NCBI GenBank assembly: GCA_045803545.1
Contig: JBJMOW010000004.1
Span: forward strand, 352,001-416,000
DNA from: Gemmatimonadaceae bacterium
GTDB lineage: Bacteria > Gemmatimonadota > Gemmatimonadetes > Gemmatimonadales > Gemmatimonadaceae
Direction of reading: 5' to 3'
Length of the DNA stretch: 64,000 nucleotides
Shown here: piece by piece, positions 28,814 through 38,169 of the stretch
Layout of the letters: every line of letters begins with the position of its first letter
Position numbering within the stretch: the stretch's first letter is position 1
Notes under the pieces: model-generated
The model's database searches: none
What the model was told of the DNA's origin: nothing
Seen by the model: the letters and a program-made list of their open reading frames with translations, nothing else
Program-made: the position numbers and the translations under genes

Positions 28814-29164
28814 TTGGAAGTGCAGATATTCGGCGTCAAAAAAAGTGCTGATACGCGCAAGGCGCTGCGGTTCTTCTCCGAAAGAAGAATAAAAACGCAC
28901 TTCGTTGATTTGATGGAGCGGCCAGCCGCGCTCGGTGAGTTGCGGCGTTTCGCTCAGAAGTTCGGAGTCGGCGCTCTAGTCGATAGAGACTCCAAACGGT
29001 TCAACGAGCTAGGGCTCCGGTATGCGCAACTTTCGGACGAGCGGTGGCTGGAAAAACTTTCCGAGGAACCCCTACTCTTGCGGCTGCCTTTGGTTCGTAG
29101 CGGAAATCAGGTGCTGATTGGAGCGGATGAAACAGTAATGCGAACCTGGACGGAGAGCCCGTGA
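28814..29164 (+). CDS. ArsC/Spx/YffB-family protein lacking cysteines (start uncertain)
   Basis: IFGVKKSADTRKALRFF...PLLLRLPLV..G...LIG. Confidence 0.8.
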   Translation: MEVQIFGVKKSADTRKALRFFSERRIKTHFVDLMERPAALGELRRFAQKFGVGALVDRDSKRFNELGLRYAQLSDERWLEKLSEEPLLLRLPLVRSGNQVLIGADETVMRTWTESP

Positions 29165-30768
29165 CTTATCGAGTTCTGGTGACCGATGAGATCGACCCCG
29201 AAGGGGTTGCGATCCTTTCGGCAGATCCTCGGATCAAAGTCGACGAAGTTCCAACGCTGCCGAAGGAAGAGCTCCTTCTCAAGATTCTGGCGTACGACGC
29301 CATCGTCGGGCGCAGTGCGACGAAGATCTCGGCGGACCTTCTTACAAAGGCAAGCAAGCTCAAAGTCGTTGGCCGAGCCGGGGTGGGAGTCGACAACATT
29401 GCGCTCGACACGGCGACCTCGCTCGGAATTGCTGTAATCAATGCACCGGCCGGAAACACCATCGCCGTCGCCGAATTGTTCTTCGGTGCTGTGATCTCGC
29501 TGCTGCGGCACATTCCACAAGCTGACAGCTCGATGCACGCCGGTCGCTGGGACCGATCTGCTCTGCTTGGCTCAGAGCTCAAGGGACGCACACTGGGCAT
29601 CGTTGGGCTCGGCCGGATTGGCGGCGAAGTAGCTGGCCGCGCCCGCGCATTCGGGATGAATGTGATCGCGTACGACCCCTACATCGCGCAGAGCAGGTTC
29701 GAGGCGCTCAGGGTTCAGGAAAAGAAATCGTTGGAAGACCTGCTCGCCGAATCGCACGTGTTGACACTGCACACGCCACTCAATGATGAAACGACTGGTA
29801 TAATCGGCAAACGCGAGTTAAGTCGTTTGCCGCGTCAGGCGATTGTTGTGAACATGGCCCGCGGCGGCATTGTAGATGAAAAGGCTTTACTGGATGCGCT
29901 CGCAGGCGGCCACCTCCTTGGTGCGGTAATCGATGCCTACGAGAAGGAGCCACTCGCCACCGATCATCCGCTGCGTAATCACCCCAACGTTCTCCTCACG
30001 CCCCACATCGGTGCGTCAACGAGGGAGGCTCAGCGCAACGTGGCGGTTGATGTATGTGTAGCGGTTCGGGACGCGCTGTTGAGCGGGGAGTTGTCACGTT
30101 CTATCAATGTCGCCGACGTCGGTGGTCAATGGTCGGAAGTCGAACCTGCTCTCACCTTGGCGCGTCGCGCTGCTGCTGTGGGCCGGGGCATCCTGGCAAC
30201 ACAGGGAATGCGCGTCATCCAGAGAATCGATGTGCGCTCAGGCTCGGCTTTGGCGAGCGCGAAGAGTGCCTTGCTGGCATCAGCCGCGCGTGGATTGCTC
30301 GAGGGTACAGTCGAACAGGAGCGCCTGAATTTGATCAACGCGCGATCCATCGCCGAGCATCGCGGCATTGATCTCTCGACAACGGAGACTGCTGTTCAGG
30401 ACAATCCGTACGGCGTGGAAGTGAGATTGAGCGGCGGGATGCAGGAAATCGCCGTCGCCGGAACAGCACAACCCGGTTCAGGGGCACGACTGACAAGGAT
30501 TGGCGCTTTCCATGTAGACGTGCAGCCCCGCGATACGCTGTTGATCCTCACCAACAATGACGTTCCTGGTGTGATCGGCCGCGTCGGCACCCTCCTCGGT
30601 GAGGCGGGCGTTAACATCGCCGAGTACCATCAGGCTCGGCTTGCACAGGGCGGTCAGGCGCTGGCAGCGGTGTCCGTCGATGGCGATATCAGCGAGGCGG
30701 TTCGCGCTTCGCTGCTGCGACTGCCTGACGTTTCGTCGGCTGCGGTCGTCTGCTTCAATCCCGGGTGA
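29161..30768 (+). CDS. serA: D-3-phosphoglycerate dehydrogenase (type I, ASB+ACT)
   Basis: GRAGVGVDNI, GLGRIG, TPHIGAST, C-terminal ACT (DVPGVIG..G..LG..GVNIA). Confidence 0.96.
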   Translation: MTYRVLVTDEIDPEGVAILSADPRIKVDEVPTLPKEELLLKILAYDAIVGRSATKISADLLTKASKLKVVGRAGVGVDNIALDTATSLGIAVINAPAGNTIAVAELFFGAVISLLRHIPQADSSMHAGRWDRSALLGSELKGRTLGIVGLGRIGGEVAGRARAFGMNVIAYDPYIAQSRFEALRVQEKKSLEDLLAESHVLTLHTPLNDETTGIIGKRELSRLPRQAIVVNMARGGIVDEKALLDALAGGHLLGAVIDAYEKEPLATDHPLRNHPNVLLTPHIGASTREAQRNVAVDVCVAVRDALLSGELSRSINVADVGGQWSEVEPALTLARRAAAVGRGILATQGMRVIQRIDVRSGSALASAKSALLASAARGLLEGTVEQERLNLINARSIAEHRGIDLSTTETAVQDNPYGVEVRLSGGMQEIAVAGTAQPGSGARLTRIGAFHVDVQPRDTLLILTNNDVPGVIGRVGTLLGEAGVNIAEYHQARLAQGGQALAAVSVDGDISEAVRASLLRLPDVSSAAVVCFNPG

Positions 30769-32129
30769 CGATCGAGCTACTCGACGACAAAAGTGTGCGT
30801 CAGTCATACGAGGCCGACGCATCTGGCGTGCGCCTGCTTCCGGACTTCGTTGCCCGTCCTGATTCTGTCGAGGAAGTAGTAGAAGTAATGCGTCGCGCGC
30901 GATCGGATAGTCTGCCGGTGACGTGTGCCGGCGCTCAGTCGAGCACAACGGCAGCCTCGATCACGGATCGAGGCATTCTGCTTTCGCTGCGGGGATTGGA
31001 CACAGTCTCCGACATAGATGAGAGAGGGCGCACGATAAGAGTTGGACCAGGCGCGTTCGTCGCAGATGTGAAACGGACAGCGGCAACGGCAGGTTTGCTG
31101 TTCGCTCCCGACCCGACAAGTGAGGAAGAGTCAACAATCGGTGGGGCAATCGCCTGCAATGCTTCAGGCGCGCGCACGTACAAGTACGGTGCAACGCGCA
31201 GATATGTGCAGGCGCTTACGGTGGTAATGGCGAATGGCGAAGTGAAGGAGTTTCGACGCCCAAATCTCGAAAAGAACACCGTCGGTTACGCATTCGCTCA
31301 CGATCCAATCGATTGGTTCATCGGCAGCGAAGGAACGTTGGGGATCGTCGTCGACGCCGAGCTGTCACTACTGCCGCTGCCCACTGAAGTAATCGGGCTC
31401 GCACTTTTCTTCGCGACGGAGGAGGAAGCCTTGCGATTTGTAATCGAGGCCCGAGAGAATCGCGAAGTCTCGCCACGATGCATCGAATACTTCGACAACC
31501 TCGCGCTCGAAATTGCCAGGCAAAGTCCAACAGGCTCTGCACTGCCGGCGAACGCGAACGGAATGGTTTACATCGAAGAAGAGGTTCTCCACGATGCTCA
31601 TGTCACGCTAGGTCGCTGGGCGGAGTTCGTCGGCGAATCATCTGAGATCGAACCGCTTGTGTTTCAAGGCGAGGCGAAGCTGAGAGAAGCGAGGCAGTTC
31701 CGTCACAGCATTCCGGCGACGATGAATGAGCGGGGTGGCCGGCATCGTGAAGCGGGCGGTAGAAAGGTGTCGACCGATTGGGCGGTTCCCTATCGACGCT
31801 TGCCTGAAGCCGTTGCCAGTGCCCGTCGATTTTCTCGAGACGCCGGCATCGCGCAACCGGTTATCTACGGCCACGCTGGGAACGGCCATCCGCACCAGAA
31901 CTTCATCGCAACCGATTCCGCAGACCTCTCTACCATAGAAGGGGTGGTCGAGCAAACCCTGCAGCAAGTGCTGTCGCTTGGAGGCACCGTTGCCGCCGAG
32001 CACGGAATTGGAAAGATCAAACGCCGCTGGCTTCCACTGCAGATGAATGCGCTTCAAATCGCGATGATGACGGCCGTAAAAAGGGAGCTTGATCCACAGA
32101 GCTTGCTCGCGCCCGGCAACATTCTATGA
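30765..32129 (+). CDS. FAD-linked 2-hydroxyacid oxidoreductase (GlcD/D2HGDH-like)
   Basis: PDPTS...TIGG.IACNASG, IGSEGTLG, GHAGNGHPH, AEHGIG, LAPG. Confidence 0.88.
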   Translation: MTIELLDDKSVRQSYEADASGVRLLPDFVARPDSVEEVVEVMRRARSDSLPVTCAGAQSSTTAASITDRGILLSLRGLDTVSDIDERGRTIRVGPGAFVADVKRTAATAGLLFAPDPTSEEESTIGGAIACNASGARTYKYGATRRYVQALTVVMANGEVKEFRRPNLEKNTVGYAFAHDPIDWFIGSEGTLGIVVDAELSLLPLPTEVIGLALFFATEEEALRFVIEARENREVSPRCIEYFDNLALEIARQSPTGSALPANANGMVYIEEEVLHDAHVTLGRWAEFVGESSEIEPLVFQGEAKLREARQFRHSIPATMNERGGRHREAGGRKVSTDWAVPYRRLPEAVASARRFSRDAGIAQPVIYGHAGNGHPHQNFIATDSADLSTIEGVVEQTLQQVLSLGGTVAAEHGIGKIKRRWLPLQMNALQIAMMTAVKRELDPQSLLAPGNIL

Positions 32130-32770
32130 CGCGGTACAAGTCGGTGATATTTGACGTCGACTCGACGCTCAGCGGCATCGAGGGAATCGATTGGCTGGCA
32201 GCATTAAGAGGTCCGGAGATGCAAGCCTGGAGCTCGTCTCTCACTGAACGTGCCATGAAAGGCGAGCTGCCGATCGAGGCCGTCTATGAGGAAAGAATGA
32301 ATAAGGTCAGGCCATCCGCGCGCGAAATCGAGGCTCTCGGTCAGGAGTACGTCGCGCGAATCGCAACTGGAGCGAAGAAAGCACTTGCCGAGTTGCGCGG
32401 GAGCGGCGTCACCGTGGTGATGGTGAGCGGCGGCCTTCGTGAGGCTATCATTCCCTTGGCGCGCGAGGTCGGAGTTCCAGACGAAGCTGTGCACGCTGTG
32501 TCCGTCTACTTTGACGAAAAGGGTGATTATGCGGGCTTTGAGAGCACCTCGCTGATGACGCGGCAGGAAGGCAAGCGAATCACAGTCGGGAAAATGAGTT
32601 TGAGTACTCCAACCCTCGCAGTTGGTGACGGGATGACGGATTCCGAGATGAAGTCAGTCGTAACCAACTTCGCCGCATTCACCGGGTTCACGCGGCGGCA
32701 GCCGGTAATCGAACGCGCTGATTTTGTGGTGGAGACCTTTGAGCAGCTAACGGATCTGATTCTAAGATGA
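32126..32770 (+). CDS. serB: HAD-IB phosphoserine phosphatase
   Basis: FDVDST, VSGG, VGDG.TD; within the serA operon. Confidence 0.85.
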   Translation: MTRYKSVIFDVDSTLSGIEGIDWLAALRGPEMQAWSSSLTERAMKGELPIEAVYEERMNKVRPSAREIEALGQEYVARIATGAKKALAELRGSGVTVVMVSGGLREAIIPLAREVGVPDEAVHAVSVYFDEKGDYAGFESTSLMTRQEGKRITVGKMSLSTPTLAVGDGMTDSEMKSVVTNFAAFTGFTRRQPVIERADFVVETFEQLTDLILR

Positions 32771-33864
32771 CAACCTCAAAAACCTTCGGCACCTTCTTCC
32801 TGCCAGGCCCGACGGAAGTGCGGGAAGAAGTCATGGTGGCGATGAACCGGCCGATGCTTCCTCATCGTGGACCGCAATTCGAAGATCTGTTCTGCCGGTT
32901 GCAGGAACGGCTTCGGCCTGTCTTTCTGACTGAACGACCGGTTTACATCAGCAGCTCCTCCGGCACTGGTATGATGGAGGCAGCCATTCGGTGTGGCCCG
33001 CCAGGCCGGGTATTATGTCTCGTCAATGGCGCGTTTTCGGAGCGCTTTGCGCACATCGCCTCGATGTGTGGTCGTGAAGTGGATCGGTACGACGTAGCGT
33101 GGGGTCAGGTCCATGCATTGCCGCAGCTCGAGCAGCGGTTGTCGATGCGGCAGTACGGCGCGATCACCGTGACGCATTCCGAAACTTCAACCGGGGCGCT
33201 CAATGACGTCCGAGCGATCTCCGACGTTGCGCATAAGCATGGATGCGCTTGTCTCATCGACAGCGTGAGTGGTTTGGGTGGTACTGAGCTTCGCTTCGAC
33301 GAATGGGATCTCGATTACGTACTCACCGGCTCGCAGAAGGCACTTGCACTCCCACCAGGCTTGGCCTTTGGCGTTGCATCGTCCAGCTTCATCGACCGCG
33401 CGGCCAGCATTCAGGCGCGCGGAGTTTATTTCGATCTAGTCGAGCTGGATGCGTACGCACGCCGCAATCAGACTCCAAGCACCCCGGCGCTGACGTTGTT
33501 CTACGCACTGGACGCGCAGCTTGATTCCATTCTTGGTGAGGGCATGGAAGCGAGATGGGCGCGACACAAAGCAATGGCTGCCAAGACCCAGGAGTGGATC
33601 GGTCAAATCAGCACTGAGACGGGGAAGAGGTTGAGCAACATCGCACCGCTTGGGTCGCAGTCGCCGACAGTGTCAACGATCCGACTTCCCGAGGACTTGC
33701 CCGCCGAGCGATTCACAGCCGCTGTCGCGAAACACGGAGTAATCGTCGGCAATGGCTATGGCAAACTGAAGAGCACCACCTTCCGTATTGGACATATGGG
33801 GGATCACACAGTCGAGACGATCGAGCACTGTCTCAACGCCTGCTCGACTGCCTTGCGCTCTTGA
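32767..33864 (+). CDS. class V PLP aminotransferase (AGT-like; probable phosphoserine aminotransferase role)
   Basis: PGPT, HSETSTG, DSVS, GSQKAL, FRIGHMG. Confidence 0.88.
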   Translation: MTTSKTFGTFFLPGPTEVREEVMVAMNRPMLPHRGPQFEDLFCRLQERLRPVFLTERPVYISSSSGTGMMEAAIRCGPPGRVLCLVNGAFSERFAHIASMCGREVDRYDVAWGQVHALPQLEQRLSMRQYGAITVTHSETSTGALNDVRAISDVAHKHGCACLIDSVSGLGGTELRFDEWDLDYVLTGSQKALALPPGLAFGVASSSFIDRAASIQARGVYFDLVELDAYARRNQTPSTPALTLFYALDAQLDSILGEGMEARWARHKAMAAKTQEWIGQISTETGKRLSNIAPLGSQSPTVSTIRLPEDLPAERFTAAVAKHGVIVGNGYGKLKSTTFRIGHMGDHTVETIEHCLNACSTALRS

Positions 33865-35813
33865 CACAGATCTCGGTTTCGAACGTCAGCGTCGAGTTTG
33901 GAGCCACCACAGTTTTTTCCGGAGTGACTTTTACCGTCGCTCGTGGTGAGCGGTGGGGAATTCTCGGACGGAACGGTAGTGGAAAGACGACGCTCTTCAG
34001 CCTGATAACCGGCACTCAGCAGCCGACGTCCGGAGTAATTTCGCGACAGCCTGGACTGCGTGTCGCGTTGTTGGAGCAGCACCGCGAGTTCATTGGCGCT
34101 GAGACCGTGTGGGAAGCAGCTGCCGGCGAATTCGCAGAGCTCCTCGCGCTGGAGCAATCGCTCGCCGATCAGGCACAAAAACTTGCCGAGGCGGGAGAAT
34201 CGGTTACTGCGCAGATGCTGGAGCGCTACGACAGAGACCTCGAGCGCTTTCAGCGAGAGGACGGCTACACTCTCGCTTCACGAGTTGATGCAGTGCTCGA
34301 CGGGCTCGGCTTCAACCCGGAACAGGCGCGCACTCAATCACTCACACAATTGAGTGGCGGTGAGCGCGGCAGGCTCGGTCTTGCCCGTCAACTCGTAAGT
34401 CCCGCAGATGTCCTGCTGCTCGATGAGCCGACTAACCATCTTGACCTGGAGACGACTCGCTGGCTGGAGGAGTTTCTGCGTGGAACAGATCGGACTGTGC
34501 TTCTGATCAGCCACGATCGCGCATTTCTCGCCAACGTCGTGGATCACGTTCTTCATCTCGAAGCGGGAACTGCGTATCCATATGCAGGGAGCTACGAATC
34601 CTTCGTTACTCAGCGAAATGAGCGCCGCCTCTCCCAGCAACGAGCCGCCGATAAGCAGCGGAAGTTCGTCGCCGGCGAGGAGGACTACATCCGTCGTAAC
34701 ATCGCCGGACAAAACTCCAAACAGGCCAAAGGTCGTCGCAAAAGACTGGGCCGATTGCCGCGAATGACAGGGCCAGCTTCCGCGCAAGGAAGCTCATTCA
34801 GTCTCTCCCTCGATGTCACTGAACGAGGCGGCGACCAGGTCGCAGTCTCACAGGGGGTCACCATCGAGGTCGAGAATCGCATTTTGATCTCGGATTTCTC
34901 GGGGACGATTCAGCGGGGCGATGTCATCGGGTTCATCGGACCAAACGGCAGCGGCAAATCCACTTTCCTTCGCTCGCTGATGGGGCAGCTTGCGATCGCC
35001 TCCGGGGAGTTGCGACTCGGTGGATCCATAATTCCCGCGTTTTATCGCCAGGACCTCGCTCAGGTACCGACAGATCGAACACTCTATGAGGTGATCGCCG
35101 GGCTACGACCCCATTGGGAGCGACGCATGGTTCAGGGACATCTCGGCCGATTCGGCTTTTCAGGCGACGAAGTGCAAAGGCGCGCAGACACGTTGTCCGG
35201 TGGTGAGCAGGCGCGTGTTGCGCTCGCGATGATGATGCTCGGCCGCGCCAACTTTCTCCTGCTCGACGAGCCAACGAATCATCTCGATATCGAATCGGTC
35301 GAAGCGCTGGAAGACGCGCTCTCCGATTTTCAGGGCACGATTTTGCTCGTCAGTCATGACCGGGCGTTGCTCGACGCGCTGGCGACGAGGGTTTGGATCC
35401 TTCACGACCGGCATATCACCGACTTCCATGGTTCGTTCGCAGAATGGGAAGACCAAAGCCGTGAACGCAAGCACGCAGCGGACGTCGCACTAGCCGAGCA
35501 GGAGGCACTTCGACGGCTGCGCGAGAAAAAAGTTACTCGGCGACGACAGGACGGCGCGGACGAATCACGCGCCAGCCTGCGTGAAGTTCAACTTCAGGTT
35601 GAGAAAGTCGAGCGGGAAATTGCAGTACTCGAGCAGAGCGTCAGTGAGCTGACCCGACTGCTCGAAGATCCCGAGCTTTATACCTCGCGCGAAGGAACCG
35701 AGAAGTCTCTTGCTGCGGGTAAGAACCTCGAGAACCTCAGGCGGAAGCTCGAAAAGGCAATAGAGCGGTGGACCACCCTTACCGAGCGCGCAGAAAAGCT
35801 CGCTGTTCGCTGA
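33861..35813 (+). CDS. ABC-F ATPase with C-terminal coiled coil (Uup/YdiF-like)
   Basis: Two ABC domains (GRNGSGKT/GPNGSGKS, LSGGE, LLDEPTNHL), no TM. Confidence 0.93.
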   Translation: MTQISVSNVSVEFGATTVFSGVTFTVARGERWGILGRNGSGKTTLFSLITGTQQPTSGVISRQPGLRVALLEQHREFIGAETVWEAAAGEFAELLALEQSLADQAQKLAEAGESVTAQMLERYDRDLERFQREDGYTLASRVDAVLDGLGFNPEQARTQSLTQLSGGERGRLGLARQLVSPADVLLLDEPTNHLDLETTRWLEEFLRGTDRTVLLISHDRAFLANVVDHVLHLEAGTAYPYAGSYESFVTQRNERRLSQQRAADKQRKFVAGEEDYIRRNIAGQNSKQAKGRRKRLGRLPRMTGPASAQGSSFSLSLDVTERGGDQVAVSQGVTIEVENRILISDFSGTIQRGDVIGFIGPNGSGKSTFLRSLMGQLAIASGELRLGGSIIPAFYRQDLAQVPTDRTLYEVIAGLRPHWERRMVQGHLGRFGFSGDEVQRRADTLSGGEQARVALAMMMLGRANFLLLDEPTNHLDIESVEALEDALSDFQGTILLVSHDRALLDALATRVWILHDRHITDFHGSFAEWEDQSRERKHAADVALAEQEALRRLREKKVTRRRQDGADESRASLREVQLQVEKVEREIAVLEQSVSELTRLLEDPELYTSREGTEKSLAAGKNLENLRRKLEKAIERWTTLTERAEKLAVR

Positions 35814-36770
35814 TCAGAATTCGCCAATGAAGCCGATCTCGGGCTGCAGATGCTGCCCGAACTTCTCTTCTACTTTTGTCTGCGCCATGGCGATCAGCTC
35901 TCGCACATTCTTGGCGGTCGCGTTCCCCAGGTTGACCATGATGTTGGCGTGAATGTGTGAGATCTGCGCGTCGCCGTGGCGAAATCCCTTCAGGCCCACC
36001 TGATCGATCAGTCTCCCCGCACCAACGCCTTCAATCTTCTTGAAGACCGATCCAGCGCTGGGGTGGTACTCGAGCCATGGATGCTTGCCGCCTCGCCAGC
36101 TGAGGTTTTCCTGCATGATGCGGTGCATTGTCGGCTGGTCACCGGGTTCGAGCTTAAAGGTGACGGCCAGGGCGATCTCGTGACCATGGTGCAGCACACT
36201 GGTGTCGTAGCCGAACTTCATGTAATCGCGATCGACGGTCTTACGACTGCCGTCCGCTTCGAGCAGCTCAGCCGAGTCGAAGACCTCGGCGATGAACATC
36301 GTTCGCTCGCGCTCAGGTGCCGGAGAGAGAAAATGGAGGTTCTGCCAAACAGCGCCGCCGACTGTGCTGGGGATGCCGACGTAGTGTTCAAGTCCGGAGA
36401 AGCTGCGTGAGACAGCTTGGGGAATGAGCTTCGCCATCACCGCCCCGCTCTCAACCCATAGCCGCCCGTCGTCGTAAAACTTCAGATGACTCGAAGTGTT
36501 GCGAATCACCAAACCTCGAAAGCCCTTGTCGCCGACCAGAATGTTTGCGCCAAGACCGAGCACAAAAAATGTTATACCAAGCTCTCGGGCGGCATTAACA
36601 GCCACTGCCAGATCATCGTCCGATGTTGCATCGTAGAAGTAGTCAGCTGGACCACCAATCTTGAATGTGGTGTATTGAGCAAGAGGCTCATTCCGTTTGA
36701 GCCTCTTCGCGTCAAGCCGATTGGCCAATTCCCCGTAGACGTCGGGGCGCACTTTCACAGTATTTGACAT
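35814..36770 (-). CDS. murB: UDP-N-acetylenolpyruvoylglucosamine reductase (atypical)
   Basis: TTFKIGGPA, LGLGANILV, GIP.TVGG, PSAGSVFK, HAN, LQPE. Confidence 0.82.
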   Translation of the reverse strand: MSNTVKVRPDVYGELANRLDAKRLKRNEPLAQYTTFKIGGPADYFYDATSDDDLAVAVNAARELGITFFVLGLGANILVGDKGFRGLVIRNTSSHLKFYDDGRLWVESGAVMAKLIPQAVSRSFSGLEHYVGIPSTVGGAVWQNLHFLSPAPERERTMFIAEVFDSAELLEADGSRKTVDRDYMKFGYDTSVLHHGHEIALAVTFKLEPGDQPTMHRIMQENLSWRGGKHPWLEYHPSAGSVFKKIEGVGAGRLIDQVGLKGFRHGDAQISHIHANIMVNLGNATAKNVRELIAMAQTKVEEKFGQHLQPEIGFIGEF

Positions 36771-38169
36771 GTTTGAAAGAAATGATTGCCGGCGCTGCTT
36801 CGCCACCGTCACCCTTCTTATTGCAGCGCTCGTACCGTTGTCGGCAAACGCTCAGCGAGCCGAGCTGGATAAGATCATCCAACGCAAGGTTCTGCCCAAT
36901 GGTCTCGAGGTAATTGTCGTCGAGAACCACGGCGTTCCCTTGGCGACGGTCGAGATCGACGTGAAGAACGGCTCGTTCACTCAGACGCCTGAGTATGAAG
37001 GTTTGGCACACATGTACGAGCACATGTTTTTCCGCGCGAACTCGAAGTACCCGGAGCCGAATCAGTTCTGGGATCGTGCGTCCGACCTTGGCGCGGTCTT
37101 CAACGGAACCACGCGAGAAGAGGTCGTCAATTACTACATGACAGTGCCGGCGGACAAGCTGTCTGATGCAGTAGCGCTCCTCTCGACGGCATTGCGAGCT
37201 CCCCTCTTCCGCCGTGACGAGCTGGAGCGCGAGCGACAAGTCGTAATCGGTGAATACGATCGCAACGAATCCAGCCCGTTTTTCGAGCTCAGTCGGGAGA
37301 CCGATGCGAAACTCTATCCTGGCAACTTCAGCAGGAAGGATGTCATCGGGGATCGGCAGATAGTGCTCACCACGACGCCTGAGAAGATGCGCACCATTCA
37401 GAACAGATATTACGTCCCAAACAACTCCGCGATCATAGTTGCCGGAGACGTGAAGCCGGCCGAGGTGTTTGCATTGGCCGAGCGTGAACTCGGCGACTGG
37501 AATCGCGGATCCGATCCATTTACTTCCGATCCAATTCCGACAATTCCTGCGCTGCAGAAGAGTGATGCCGTGGTAGTGGAGGCTCCCGTTGGAGCGGTGA
37601 CAGTGCAGGTGCAGTGGCAGGGACCAAGCGTCGGACGCGACCCCAAGTCGACCTATGCGGCTGACGTTTTCTCCGACGTGCTCAACGATCCGCGGTCCCA
37701 GTTCCAGCAAAGACTCGTCGACAGCGGGCTATGGCAGGCGGTCGGGGTGAATTACTACACGCTCAATAACACCGGTCCGATCACCATCAGTGGGCAGACC
37801 TCGCCGGAACAGCTTCGCGAAGCAATGAAGGCGCTTTATGGAGAGATAGCAAAGTTCGATACACCGGGATACTTCACTTCTGAAGAGCTCGAGGCGGTGA
37901 AAGCGCATCGCGCGGTGACGTCCGCGTTTGATCGCGAGCGCGCGTCAGGTTTCGCGCACACTCTTGGCTTCTGGTGGAGTGTGGCCAGCCTCGAGTACTA
38001 CATGGGATATGTCGACAACATGGCGCAGCAGACCATTGACGATCTGCGTGCGTATGCTCGCAAATACATTCTCGGCAAGCCGCATATCACGGGAGTGCTG
38101 ATCGCGCCAGAAGCGCGGCAGGCTCTTAAACTCAGTCCGCAGGATCTCGTAATGGCTGGAACACGCTAA
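36769..38169 (+). CDS. M16 (pitrilysin) zinc peptidase, catalytic subunit
   Basis: Signal peptide, LPNGL, GLAHMYEHMFF (HXXEH), ERQVVIGE. Confidence 0.92.
   Translation: MFERNDCRRCFATVTLLIAALVPLSANAQRAELDKIIQRKVLPNGLEVIVVENHGVPLATVEIDVKNGSFTQTPEYEGLAHMYEHMFFRANSKYPEPNQFWDRASDLGAVFNGTTREEVVNYYMTVPADKLSDAVALLSTALRAPLFRRDELERERQVVIGEYDRNESSPFFELSRETDAKLYPGNFSRKDVIGDRQIVLTTTPEKMRTIQNRYYVPNNSAIIVAGDVKPAEVFALAERELGDWNRGSDPFTSDPIPTIPALQKSDAVVVEAPVGAVTVQVQWQGPSVGRDPKSTYAADVFSDVLNDPRSQFQQRLVDSGLWQAVGVNYYTLNNTGPITISGQTSPEQLREAMKALYGEIAKFDTPGYFTSEELEAVKAHRAVTSAFDRERASGFAHTLGFWWSVASLEYYMGYVDNMAQQTIDDLRAYARKYILGKPHITGVLIAPEARQALKLSPQDLVMAGTR

Noticed and set aside
36712..37710. 332-aa antisense ORF
   Set aside because: It is a shadow frame of the M16 peptidase in GC-rich DNA, with no recognisable motif.
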